Translations under genes and position numbers: made by a program | Assembly (NCBI RefSeq): GCF_009914755.1 | Contig: NC_060925.1 | Reading direction: 5' to 3' (one strand) | Length of the DNA stretch: 64,000 nucleotides | DNA from: the human T2T-CHM13v2.0 reference genome, Homo sapiens | Notes under the pieces: model-generated | Seen by the model: only the letters and a program-made list of their open reading frames with translations | Told to the model about the DNA's origin: nothing | Database searches by the model: none | In this document: positions 25,700-39,400 of the stretch, in pieces | How positions within the stretch are numbered: the stretch's first letter is position 1 | Layout of the letters: each line of letters starts with the position of its first letter

Positions 25700-26790
25700 A
25701 TTTCTACAGTATAATTCATATATCACAAAATTCACCATTTTTAAGCATACATTTCAGTGTCTTTTACCATATTTCAAAGTCTCACAACCATCACCACTAC
25801 CTAATTCCAGAATATTTTCATAATGCCAAAAGCATGCCTGTATGGGCAGTCACTCTCCAATTCCCCCCTTCTTGCGGTCTCAGACAACCACTAATCTACT
25901 TTTTCAATATACAGATGCACTTGTTCTGGGCACTTCTTCTATATGGAATAACAAAGTGTGGCATTTTGCATCTGGTTCTTAGCATATTGTTCTCAAGTTT
26001 TTTTAGCCTGCATTAGTACTTTAACTTTTTTATGGCCAAATAATATTCCACTATATGGTTATACGACATTTTGTTTATTCATCAACTGATAGTGCTTTAA
26101 GATGTTTCCACTTTTTAACTCTTATGAATAATGCTGCCATCAACACCTTTGTACATGTTTTTGAGGGAACACCTGTTTTTCATTTTCTTGGTTGTAAACC
26201 TAGGAGTGCAATTGCTACATCATATGTCACTTTATGTTTAACTTATTTTATGTTTAACTTTTTGAGGAACTCACACACTGTTTACCAACTTCAGTAGCTA
26301 TGCCATTTTACATTCCCAATAGTAACATATGAGAATTCCATATTCTCCATAACTTTCCAAACATGTGTTTTCTTTATTTTTTTCCTAAGTCATACTAGTA
26401 GGTGTGAAGTGGTATCTCATTTTGGTTTAAAATTACATTTTCCTAATGAAAAACGTTGAACATCTTTGCACGTGCTTCTTGGCCATTTGTGTGTTTCCTT
26501 TAGAGAAACCTCTACTCACAGCTTTTTTCCCATTGTTAAATTTGGTTGTCATTTATTGCTCAGTTATATGAATTTCTTATATACTCTAGGTACTAGACCC
26601 GTGTTAAATACATAATTTGGAAATAGTTCTCCCATTCTGTGGATTATCTTTTCACTTCCTTGACAGTGTCCTTTGAAGCATATAAGATTTTTATTTTAAT
26701 GAAGTCCATTCATCTATTTTTGGGTTGTTTGTGCCTACTTAAAAAATGTCTAATCCAAAGTCACAAAGATTTGTACCTATGTTTTCTTAC
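25700..26790 (-). mobile_element. Old L1M 3' region
   Basis: Degenerate antisense L1 3' motifs (tgtgaagtggtatctcatt, tgaacatctttgcacgtgc). Confidence 0.7.
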
Positions 26791-28059
26791 AAGACATCAT
26801 TTTTAGAATGAGAAATTTCCTTGGTTTTAGTGGAGGGCAGACATTGTTTATGCCTCCTGTCCATTACCGATGTTTCTCCTGATTGTTATTCATATGCTCA
26901 CCACCCCTCCATGGAGCATCCCACGGCCTGTAACAGAGCTCTGGGGACTGATATCCTTCCACTGACTTTGGAGCTGGTGAGAGCCCTGGTCATGTGATTC
27001 AGCTTAGCCTTAACCCGACCCAGTTGCACATATTCCTCAGGGCCTTCAGAGTTGAAGTCGAGAGGCTCTCTGAGAACGCTTGCCAGCCCATGCTGTTTTA
27101 AGGCTGGAGCAAACTTCCTCCATCTATTCCAGACAGAGGGGACTGCAGGGGTAGGAGTCAGTCAAGACATCTCTGGTGTTAGAAAGTAGAGCTGTTTCAG
27201 GGTTTGGGGAAGATTGTTCAATTAAACTAAGTCCTCTTTGTTTTTACTGTATGTGTGACTTCTTTCTACAAACAAAGGAAGAATATTTATGTTAGAACAT
27301 TTTATCTATTCTTTATCAATTGTTTGTCTACAATTTTAACGTGGATAAAGGAGAGCTCAGTGTAAATATATTCTTAAAAACTAATTATGGTTCATGTCCA
27401 CTACCATGCGATCATATTTAAATCTATGAACTATCCTGTTACTTAGGTATTATCCTGCTCCTGATGAGAAAACAAACTCAGAAAGATTGCAAAATTTCCC
27501 TAGGTCACAAAACCAGTGAGGAGAGGAATAAGAATTAGAAACCAGTTCCTTTTGGCCTTCAAAGCTAACCATATACCATTAGATCAAACTGATTTACATA
27601 CTTTTGCTGGAATTAGTCTCAGAGTTCATGGTTCTCGCTTGATTTTCCCAAGGAAACTGTGCCACTTTAATATCATTTCAAACTTTGAAATTTAAACTCT
27701 TTTTTATTATACTTTTTTGTCTTTGTTCTGTTCCATTTCTTTTGATTTCTTCTCAACGAATCCCTCTTATTTATATGCTAAATATTTGTTACCTATTTTC
27801 TGTCAATTTTCACATTTTTGAGTGTTTGTTTTCTCTCTGTTGTATGCTAACAGTTCTTCATTGAGATACAATTTGCATAGAGAATACTGCAAAAAACCTA
27901 AAGGTACAGCTTTATAAATTTTAATATAATTATACATTGTATAATAACACCCAGTTAAAGACAGAGAACATTTTCCCCCATGCCACAAGGCTCTTATGTG
28001 GTCCTTGCCAGTCAATACTCATCCCCCAAATGAAGAATATATTCTGAATGTTGTCACTG

Positions 28060-28482
28060 CCTTAGTCCCTTTGTGTTGCTGGAAAGGAACACCAGTGGCT
28101 GGGTAATTTATAAAGAAAAGAGGTACATTTTTCTCATGGCTCTACAGGCTGCACAAGAAGCATGGAACCTGCATCTGCTCCTGATGAGGGCCTGAGGCTG
28201 CTTCCACTTGCAGCAGGTGAAAAGGAACCAGTGTGTGCAGAGATCATATGGTGAGAGAGGAAGCAAAAGAAAGTGAATAAGGTGAGAGGCACTTTTTAAT
28301 AACCAGCTCCTACAGGAACTAAGAGAGTGAGAATTCACTCACTACCTTCTCCCAGGGTGGGGATTAATCTATTCATGAGGGATCCACTCCCGTGACCTAA
28401 ACACCTCCCATTAACCCCCACCTCCAACACTGGGGACCACATTTAAACATGTGATTTGGAAGGGACCAATATTTAAACTATA
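28060..28482 (-). mobile_element. MST-type MaLR LTR
   Basis: ctgggtaatttataaagaaaagagg and ctccaacactggggaccacattt motifs. Confidence 0.8.
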
Positions 28483-28538
28483 GAAGCCGCCAGAGATTAA
28501 TTTTGCTTATTCATGTGCTTCATGAAAATGAATCATTT

Positions 28539-28825
28539 TGGCCAGTCCTGGTGGTTCACGCCTGTAATCCCAAGACTGCGAGGCTGAGGCGGGCGGATCA
28601 CCTGAGGTCAGGAGTTCAAGACCAGCATGGCCAACATGGCAAAACCCTGTCTCTACTGAAAATACAAAAATTAGCCAGGCGTGGTGGCAGGTATCTTTAA
28701 TCCCTGCTACTTGGGAGGCTGAGGCAGGGAAAGTTTGTTGAACCTGGGAGGCGGAGCCAAGATCGTGACACTGCACTCCAGCCTGGGGGACAGAGTGAGA
28801 CTCCATCTCAAAAAAATTAAAAAAT
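28539..28825 (+). mobile_element. AluSx-like
   Basis: Alu consensus motifs and A tail. Confidence 0.9.
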
Positions 28826-29829
28826 GGAATCGTTGAGTATGTTCTCTTGTTCTGACTTCTCTTACTCAGGTGGTTTTGTATGCCACTAGTTTGTTTGATT
28901 GTGTTTTTCCCTCGTTTCATTTTGTTTTGGCCAAGTAATATCCTATTGATTGTATGATTGTCACACAATTTGATATCCATTTTTCTGATGGGAGACAGGT
29001 TTACTTGTTGGCTGCTGTGCATAAGTAACTATGAATATTCTCATACAATTATTTCTGTGAAGATACATACTTATTTTCCAGGGTATCTATAGCTAGGGAT
29101 AGAGTTGCTTGGTGAATGTGTAGAAAATGGGCACAGAGTTTTGCAAAGTAATTGTATTATTTTACATTTCTATGAAAGATGTAGGCCATTTCCCATTGCT
29201 CTACATTCCCACACACTTAATATTTTCAGCCTTTTATATATAGCCATTCTACAATTGTGTAGTGATATCCTGTTTTGGTTTTCTCAGGCCTAATGTTCAT
29301 TTAGATATCTTCTTATGGAAAATATCTTCTCAAATTTTTATGTTCGTTGATATACTGGGGTGTTTGTCATTTTCTTTGTAATCTATAGCCATTCTTTATA
29401 TATTTTGAATGAGTCCATTTATATATACATTTTTTTTTTTTGCTATATTACATTGCAAATAATTATTCCTGGTCTACAGATAGCTTTTAAGTTGTTAATC
29501 AACAACATAGTAAGTAGAAGGTTTTTAAAAATGAAGTGCAATTCACTTGATTTCTTATTGTGGTGAGTGCTACAGTATCTAGTCTAAGAAATATTTTCCT
29601 ATGTCAAGTTCATGAAACTATTTCCTATTTTTCCTTTACAGGATTTCTAATTTTAACTTTCACATCTTAAGTTAATTTCAATGTATGATGGAGAATGGTT
29701 GTTAATATTAACTTTTTAAAACAACAAATATTATTTCACTCAAAACCATTTTACTTAAAAGTCTTTCATTTCCCCAATGAAAGGCATTGGTGTCTTTGTT
29801 TTTAAAACATTTAGAAGTGGCAGTGCGAG

Positions 29830-30096
29830 CATGTTCTCACTCATGAGTGGGAATTGAACAATGAGAACACTCGGACACAGGGCGGGGAACATCACACACC
29901 AGGGCCTGTCATGGGATGTGGGGCTGGGGGAGGGATAGCATTAGGAGAAATACTTAATGTAAATGATGAGTTAATGGGTGCAGCAAACTAACATGGCAAA
30001 TGTACACCTATGTAACAAACCTGCACGTTGTGCACATGTACCCTAGAACTTAAAGTATAATAAATAAATGAATAAATATATATATTTTTTTAAAAG
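29830..30096 (+). mobile_element. Short 5'-truncated L1PA (3' UTR only)
   Basis: L1PA 3' UTR ending ccctagaacttaaagtataataaa; 14-bp TSD agtggcagtgcgag at 29816-29829 and 30097-30110. Confidence 0.92.
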
Positions 30097-30100
30097 AGTG

Positions 30101-30910
30101 GCAGTGCGAGGGCTGCTGCACAGCTAGCAGAGCCGTGGTGAGGACGGCAGCGCCTGTCCCGAGCTCTCCGCCTCCCCTGCCCGCCAGCCCAGGCGGCCCC
30201 AGCAGCAGTGACCAGAGGAGCCCCTGCAGCAACGCAATGGCCAGGTGGATGCCTCCATCTACAGCCCTGTGGCGGATGGGACCTGTTAGGACATCACCAT
30301 CATGGGCAACAAGGACTTGAACTGGGCTGCCATCTCAGGGAAAACCTTCGCCAACATCACCCCAGCTGAGGTTGGTGTCCTGTTTGGCAAAGACTTGTCA
30401 AGCTTTTTCGTGAATGGGCTGACACTTGGGGGCCAGAAATATACTGTTGTCCCGGACTCACTGCTGCAGGATGGGGAATTGACCGTGGATCATCATATGA
30501 AGAGCATCAGTGGAGCCCCACCTTCAGTGTCACTATCACCATGACTGCCAAGACGCCAGGCCTGCTGATGGGCAAAGAAGGAGTCCACGGTAGTTTCACC
30601 ATTTCATAACAAAGGAATGTTATGAAATGGCCTCCCACCTTCAGCGTTCCCAATACTGACCTCCTTTGTTCCTTCCCCTCCACTGCTTCCCACAGCTTTG
30701 CCCCACTTTCCTTCTCATACATACACCATTTTAATTTCAGGGACCATTACTCCACACACCTTATTGCTGCCAAAACAACATGGGCTGGGGGCCAGGGATA
30801 GATGGACAGACACCTTCCCCTACCTATACCCCTCTTGTGTGTGGTTGGAAAACTTTTTTCTTTTGAGGAATTTTTTAGGAATAAAAAAGATTCTACTAAA
30901 AAAATAAATA
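30101..30910 (+). pseudogene. Processed profilin-1 pseudogene (PFN1P; paralog number not determined), antisense in an NBPF intron
   Basis: GC-rich 5' UTR, ATG 30237, intronless, peptides [34 protein letters not shown] and CYEMASHLQRSQY* (TGA 30657-59), frameshifts, AATAAA 30880-85, A tail. Confidence 0.95.
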
Positions 30911-31854
30911 ACTATACATATGTTTGAATGTATAGTTTGAATCTGTATTCTTTTCCTTTGATATATTTATGAATACTTACAACAGTACTACCATTTTTAA
31001 ATTACTTTAAAATCAGGTTTGAAATCTAGCAGAGAAAGTGCTCCAACATATTGCTTCTTTAAGACCAACTTGCCTATTATAGGTTCTTTGATTTTCAAAT
31101 ACATTTTGAAATTAGCTTTTAAATTTCTCTAAAATCTCCTACTAGAAATATTAATCAGAATTGTGTTGATGTAATATGCTAACAAAATTGAGTCTTCCAA
31201 TCAATGAACATGATATCCATTTCTCTATTTAGTCTTCTTTAATTTTTCTAACCAATTGCTTTTAGGGGCCTTGTGCCTGCTTCATTGCATGTATTCTTAA
31301 GCATGGAATGATTCCGGCTATTAATCTCTATTATGTTTTATTGAATTTCATTTTCTAGCTGCTAATTGCTAGTATGGAGAAATTAAGATGATGAAATCAA
31401 CTTTATAAAGGTTTAATTTAGGTACAACAGACTGCACCACTTTAAAATGCATAATTCAATGCATGTTTACAAACGTATACACTAATGGAACTACTGCCAC
31501 AACCAAGATAGAGGAATTTATGCCCCAAAGTTTCTTGTACCCCTTTGCAGTTCATCAGTCTTTCAACCCTCGTGCCCAAGTAACCGCTGTCACTTCAGGT
31601 CCGTTTCCATTTTTAACCATTTTCTATAAATGAACTAATACCTGCGTTCTTTTGTATCTGCCTTCTTTCATGCATCAACGTAATTTTAAAATCCATCCAG
31701 ATGAGTATTTTCATCAATAGTTAATGCCTTGTAATTGCTGAGTAGTATTCCTTCATGTGGCTATACCATGTATGTTTGTACTTTCACTTGTTATTGGACA
31801 TTTCTATCATTCCATGTTTGGGCTATTATGAAGAAACTATCATGAGCATCCATA

Positions 31855-32516
31855 CGTGGCAGGCCAGGTCTCACTAACACAGGCCTCCCTAACAATTATT
31901 TCCGTACCGACTGAGTGGTTCAGTTAAATATTAAGAGGAAGGAGAAAAAAAAACCAGTGCCCTTATACAAAGGCTGGAATGTAACAAAAGCCCACCAAGA
32001 GTTTTGCCTAGGCTTTTCCTGGACCTTAAAGCATGACAAAATAATGAGGGCATTCTTAACAGGAGTCGTTTAGTATGAAACAAGTTTTATTGGGGGTCTG
32101 AAGAAACTCCCCAGGCCTCCAGAAACAAGTTTATTGGAGGTCTGAAGAAACTCCCCAAACCTCTGTGATTTAGCAGGAGACAAGATAAGGGTCCCCAGCA
32201 CCTAGACCCATTTAGATTAAGTGAATTTACTGAGGCTCCAGAGGAAGGTCTTCAGGACTCAGACCTTAGTTATAGATTAAAAGAAGTTAATCACTTATGT
32301 ATTTACAGGAATGCACACTTCCACATGCACATATAGCTTAGAAGGTATATAAGCTCAGGAAAACTTTGTAATTTTGAGTTGGTCTGGTGATAATTTCCAG
32401 GCCTTTTCCCTGTAACCAGTTGCAGAAGTAAAAATTCTCTTCCTCCCCAGTTCATCAGCATCTTGTTACTGACACACAAGAAATAGCAGCCCGCCCCTCA
32501 GTTTGGTCTGGAAACA
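31855..32516 (+). mobile_element. Solo ERV1-class LTR (MER39-like)
   Basis: (t>c)gtggcaggccaggtctcactaac start, ...aaca end, TATA-like and AGTAAA-type signals; family name from recall. Confidence 0.75.
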
Positions 32517-32889
32517 GACATACAGATCATTGTGCAGACACAGCGTGTAAATTCCTAGGAATGGAATGACTGTCCATCTCATTGGTACATGTTTAACCTT
32601 TAAGAAACTGTTAGATTTTCAGTCATACCATTTTTCATTCTTACAAGTATAAAACTTCCAAGTGCTTTAATCCTCACCAATATGTGCTATTTTCAGCATT
32701 TTTAATTTTAGCCATTCTCATGGATATGTACTGGTATCTCATTGTTGTATTGATTGATCTCCCTGATGACTAAACAGTAGAGCATCTTTTTCTATGTTAA
32801 TTGACCATTCATGTATCTTCTTTTCTGAAGTATCTATTCAAGTCTTTTGAGAAATTATTTCATTGTGCTGTTTATCTTATCAGACTGCA

Positions 32890-33168
32890 ATATATATAGT
32901 ATATATGTATAGCATATATATACTATATATATAGTGTATATATATAGTATATATATAGTGTATATATAGTATATATATAGTGTATATATATAGTATATAT
33001 ATAGTGTATATATATAGTATATATATATAGTGTATATATAGTATATATATAGTGTATATATAGTATATATATAGTGTATATATATAGTATATATATAGTG
33101 TATATATATAGTATATATATAGTGTATATATATAGTAAATATATGTGTGTGTGTATATTATATATATA
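32890..33168 (+). repeat. (TA)n / TATAGTG low-complexity array
   Basis: About 280 bp of tatatatagt(g) variants. Confidence 0.95.
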
Positions 33169-33799
33169 CACTTTTAAAAAACCTTTGTTGGAGATATATA
33201 TATCTCCTATATTGTGGCTTCTTTTTATGTTCTCTTAATGTTCCCTATTAGGAGAACAATAGATAATCTTCAAAAAGGTGAATATATATATATATACACA
33301 CACATATATGTGTGAGTGTGTGTGGGTGGGTGGGTGGGTATGTACACATATATATATGTCCTAAGAATCATTAATTAGACATATATGTGAGTATCTATTT
33401 CTGGATTCTCTCTTCTCTTCCACTGGTATATATTGTATTTTTTTTTTCAACAAAACACATGATCTTGATTTTCATAGCTGTAGAGTAATTCTGGAAATAG
33501 GTAGTGAATTCATTCACCATTATTCTTTTATAATATTGCTCTTTTATTACTCTTGATCATTGACATTACCATATAAATGCTAGAATCAGCTTGTAAATTT
33601 CTACCAAAATGCTGCTTGGAATTTTTACTAGAATTGCATTGGATCTGGAGATCAATTCATGAAGAACTGACTTTTTAAACATAACAACTCTTCTGATCCA
33701 TGACAAGGCTTATCTCCCCACTAATTTAGTTCTTTCATAATTTCTCAAAGCAATTTTTTTGTAGTTTTTGGTGTACTGGCCTTACATAGATTTTGTTGA

Positions 33800-34106
<307 letters not shown>

Positions 34107-35859
34107 TGTTGAATTTATTTATAACCACAACATGTATTTAGATGTTACTTTAAATGAAATTGTATTTTTATTTCATTTTCCAAATGCTCACTGCTAATAT
34201 ACAGAAATACAAAAGACTACTTATATTGAGCTTATATTTTGCAACACTACCAAACTCACTAATTAGTTTTGGTAGATTTTTGTAGATTTCTAGGATTGTT
34301 AACACATATAGACATTATCCGTGAATAAAGACAGCTTCAATTCTTTATTTTCAACCTTTTCAATACTTTTATTTATTTTTCTTACTTTATTGCATTGATT
34401 TAGAGCTCTAGTATAATGCTGAATTGAAAGAGTAACAACAGATATTCTACTTTTTTCTCTGATTTAATGGAAAAGCATTCAATCTTATGCCATTTAATAT
34501 AATGTTACCTGTGGGTTTTTCAAATCTGCCCTTAATGGGGTTGGAAGTGTTGCCTTCCGTTCTTATCATGCTGAGAGTTTTCTGGGGTTTGTTTTTATAA
34601 ATCATGAAAAAAGTTTTCAATTTTGCCAAATGCTTTTACTGTGTATGATGAGGCAATCATACAGTTTTTCTCTTTTGCCCTGATAATATATAAAATTATA
34701 CTTTTTAAATATAAAAAAGATTTCTTGAATCAAGCTAGGACAGTTTTTTTAATTATAAACTTTTAACAAATATATTGAAATATAACTTACATGCAATTGA
34801 GATGCATTAAAGTGTGTAATCACTAAAGTGTATAATTAAAGTGTATAATTTTAAGAGTTTGAGCACAGTATGCATGAGCCAAAGAGAAAGGACAGAAAAT
34901 ACTAAGTATGTCTCAGCATATGTGGTCTATCTTGGTGAATGTTCTATGTGAGTTTGAGAAGAGTTATTTGTTAGCTGTTCTTAGATGTATTTTGCTTAAA
35001 TGTCGACTTGGCTAACTTGTGTCATTGATTGTGTGAATTAATTTTGTTCTAGTGGGCATTAAAATTACTGTCTGATCACATTGGACTTATGTGGACTTGG
35101 TTTATGTTTTATTACAGTGGATTCATGGAAAGCCAACAGCATTTCCCAAGACTCTCTAATTTGGTAGGACTCAATCACCAATCCACCCCTTTGTGGATGG
35201 TGTCAGGGTTTCGTTTTAGCCTTTACTAGGGCTGGTCTAGAATAGGCCTTATTGTAAAGGGTGACACTTATTCCTAAAGCACAGCCTTTCCAGTGTCTCA
35301 ATTGGATACCTGGATGCTAATGAGGTGTGCATGAGTTCTTCCCACCCTGGATGGCAGGAACTCCATCATCCATTCCCCAACCCTCTTCCACCACAAGTAC
35401 TTCTGGTCCAAACTCAACTTTATAGCAGCCACTCCTATGTTAAATCTGTTAGTCTTTTTCTTGTGCAGGTACAGTCCATTCCTTGATAAGTATGCACATG
35501 GAACCCCACATGGACTTCGAGAGCTGCCCCTCTGAACAGCTGTCTCCTATTGGTGCCCTGCCCTGCAGATTGGAATTTCTTCAGTGACCTTGAACTCTGA
35601 TCTCTGCCTTCTCAGCTCAGTGGGGATGCCCTGCTCTGAGAGGACTCTAGCCTACTGTGCAGCTGCTGAGAAATTCTCCCCAGACAAAAACTAGGAAATC
35701 ATGGGGCTTCCACCTTAAGTTTCCTGTTGTACTGCCTGTTGTCCACTGTCTGAAAACAATTTTATGTTTGTTTATGGAGGCAGTCTGATATGACTTATTC
35801 TAACAGATAGAAGTAGAAATCTGTTATAGTCTTTTAATTACTGTGTCTTTATAGTATTA

Positions 35860-36475
35860 TGGTAGACAGAATCCTAAGATGAGCTGCAGTGATCTTTGCT
35901 CTTATATAATCACTTCTTCCTGAGTGTAGACAAAGCCAGCGATGAGATATCACTCCTGTGATTGTGTTACAATTTATGGCAAAAAAGTTAGCAGATGTAA
36001 TCGAGATCCCAAATCAGTCGAATCTAAGACAGAGAGATTATCTTATGAGCTTGACCTAAAGAAGGTGAATTCCTTGGAGGGACTGAGGTCTTCCTGGAGA
36101 AATGTGAAGTGCAGGAGGGTTTCCAGGCAGGGTGATTCTCCTCTGCTGGATGGAGAAAGCATGCAGTGGGAACGTGGGAGGCCTCTAGGAGCAGCAAGAG
36201 GCCCCTGGCTGACAGCCAGCAAGAAAACAGAGATCTCAGTCCTGCAGTCACAAGGAACTGAACTCAGCTGACAACCTGAGGAAACTTGAGAGGAAGTTCT
36301 TCCCCAGACCCTCCAGAAAGAAACCCAGCCTAGTTTCAGCCTGTGAGGCCCTGAGAAGAAGACCCAGCTAATCCAGGCCTGAACTTCTGATCTGTGGACA
36401 CTGCAAGAAAGTAAATCATTGTTATTGTAACCCTCTAAAGCTTGCAGTAATTTAGTATGCAGCAATAGAAAATTA
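35860..36475 (+). mobile_element. MLT1-type MaLR LTR
   Basis: gacagccagcaagaaaacagagatctcagtcc...aaggaactgaa and gcagcaatagaaaattaata end. Confidence 0.8.
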
Positions 36476-39400
36476 ATAAAAGTAAAATGGAGAAGACTTT
36501 GGAGTGGGGACAAGAATGAAATGGTGGTAGAGGGATGCCTGTATGCTGAGATGGTTGATGCCTGTATGGTTGAATTGGGTCTACCATTCCTCATCTAATT
36601 AGCTATGGTCTATTAAGGTGCATAGCTATACATGAATATTGGTACTAGGTGAATCCAGAGGAATAAGATATTGCATTCTTGAGAGTAGATGAGAACACCC
36701 TGAATTGGTGGTCACCGTATCATATGTCATATATCAGGTCCCTCTGGGAAGGCCAGAGGAAGATTTACAGGATACACTAGTGACAACATTGAAGGCTTCT
36801 TTCTTCCCCAAAGGGAACCAACCTCCCCTCAGTCAAGACGTTCCAAGTCTCTGAACTGGATGCCAGGTTATAAATTCCCACTATACCGACTCCATCAAGC
36901 TTCTGTCCTCAGAACTAGAGTTTATCAGTAAAAGATAGACTCATGGGAGTCTAGGCATTTATTATCTTATTTTATATAAATCAGCTAATGTGCATGAACA
37001 AAACAGACTTTGAAGAAAGAAAGTCACAGTTACCACAGGAAAACAGCTTCGACATCCTCATGAGTCGTCATGGGTGTTCCATTGGGAGGACTTGATATGA
37101 GGCTTTCCTCCTCATGGGTTAGTACAGATCTGGGGGAAATGTCATCAAGTACTCGATTCAGAGTGTAGCAGCTGAGGCTGTTGATTCGTTAGGCCTCCTG
37201 CAGCTGGAGATGCAAGTAGTGCATTTTCAGGGCCACCACATGTGCCCTTAGGCTAGCATTCTTCAGAGCCAGAATCCAAAAAGCCACAGAAGCTCTGAGT
37301 ATTTCCCTTTCCTCGGTCACCCACATAAATGGCTTCAGGTCCTTCTGGGGAAGGCCTGGAGGAAGATTTACAGCATACACTTGTGGCAGCATTGAAGGCT
37401 TCACTCTTTCTCAAGGGATCCAATCTCCTCTCTGTCAAGAATCTCCAGGTATCTGAACTGGATGCCAGGTCATAAATTCCTACTATGGTCTCTGTCCTCA
37501 GAACTAGAGCTTTTCTAATTATTACATACATTGATTTCTTAGTAGATTTCCCATCCATTACATTCCCAGACACCTCACGATGATTAGTAATCACCACAGA
37601 TCCCTGCCTCTCAAGGAAATTCCTCCCACCTTGTTTCTAGATGGCCGCGTACCACTGCCTGTCCTCTACTCTTCCAGAACCCTATTGTTCTCCCTGACAG
37701 CAGGGAGGGCAAATCCATGCAGCATCTCCCGCCATGACCTCCAGCCTGCAGAGGAGAGGTGCCACAGGACCTTTACACGCATGCCACTGTTCCCCTCACC
37801 TGTGCATTTCTTAATGCCTTGGCGAGGAGAATGTCCCTGGATCTTCATTAGTGGGAGCTAAAGGAACAAAGGTAAATAATGCTATGGGATCCACTGAAAA
37901 TTGGGGCTGTGGAAAAGTGGCCACTGAAGTAAGACAGATGAAGCTATTGTCAGATACTCAGTGCCAGAGCAGGGAGGGAGAGGAAAGAAATACAGACCTC
38001 ACCTGCCTCTCACTTCCAGGCTCCATCAGGTGCCCCTCATTGCTAAACCTAACTAGAAGTGTGCATGCAGGGGAGCCAGGGATGCATTTTAGAAGGGTAA
38101 GCCCTGAGTGGCATAAGACAGGATGGAAATGAGTGGAGAGTGGATCTGTGGGAAGAAGGAGGGGATGTTATTGGGAAACAAAAGGAGAATACTAGCTAAT
38201 AATGCTAGGTGACACTAATATTCCAAAGTCTGTGCTCATATTCAGAAAAGAAAGTTCAGCAGAAAGCACTAAACTAGGAGTCAAGATATTATATTTTCAA
38301 CTGTTGTTCCAACAGCCATATTATAAAGGAACAGTTTATTTCATGCCTTTCTAATTTGACCTAAAGTGCCAGGTGGCATTGGGGCTGGCACAGCCTTGCT
38401 CAATTATGTGTTGAAGAGTACACAGAGACTGCCAGGCTGAGGGAAGATGCAAAAGAATAGAAGAGACGCTCTCAGGGAACAAGAGACCACACGGCCCCAG
38501 AGTCAGGGGCAGCATCAGCCACTGTTGGCTGCTCATTTCCCAGACAGAGCCCACAAGCCTCAGCCATGCTTTGCTTCTGCAAGATGCTTCTTCACCTTTT
38601 CAATAAACCTGCCTGAATTTAAGCTGATAGGGGTTTATTTCTCCTTCATCATAAATGAAATTTTTCACCACAACAATCTCCAGTGAATTGTGGGCACAGC
38701 AGGCAGGTGCATCCCTGCTTCTGTTCCACTACCTCCCCTGTAGGTTGAAAAGGAGGAGGTACTGAATTACCTCCAAATGTTCCTCTCGCTCTGATATTCT
38801 GTGATTCTGGTTTCTTTTCAGCTACTTTGTTTTTGGAAGCATGTATCCTAAGGCATCCAGCTGAACAACCTTTGTCTACTGTGTCCAGGCATTCCTGGTG
38901 GTATTTCAGACAAGACTCTCTGGGATTGCTGCACTCACAACCACTGAAACAATTCTATGACCATCCATTTCATGGCTACATGTTTGCTCATTTTGTGTGT
39001 TCATAAAGGGAGGGGACAGACAGCAAACTTGCATGTTACAAATTGTATCATCTTAAAAAGGAAACAAGGCAACACTTTGCAATAAAACCTTAAGATGCAT
39101 TAAATTTAAGCCTAATGCAATAAAGAATGCCCATAAAATTCTTATCTAAAGAATGCTTAGAAAATTGTTGAACAAGGGACATCATCATTTAAAGTGATAT
39201 GAAGAAACCTTCTTAGCTAAGCATATGGGCTAGATTAGAGAGAAAATAAAGGACCCATCTCTTCCCTGGAAAAACTACTGATAGCATCTTTCAAAAAGCT
39301 CTCTGTGATTGAGGATGCACCTTGATCCATAGGCTCACATTTGATTGCAACCGGCAGCTACTTCTTGGCATTGACATTGCATTCCCAACTAGTAAATCCT

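Noticed and set aside
30302-30544. 80-aa profilin-like ORF
   Set aside because: Internal Met in a frameshifted retrocopy; both termini out of frame
32923-33171. Tyr/Ile-rich ORF, and similar ORFs at 44179, 46945 and in Alus
   Set aside because: Translations of microsatellites, SVA hexamers or Alu sequence
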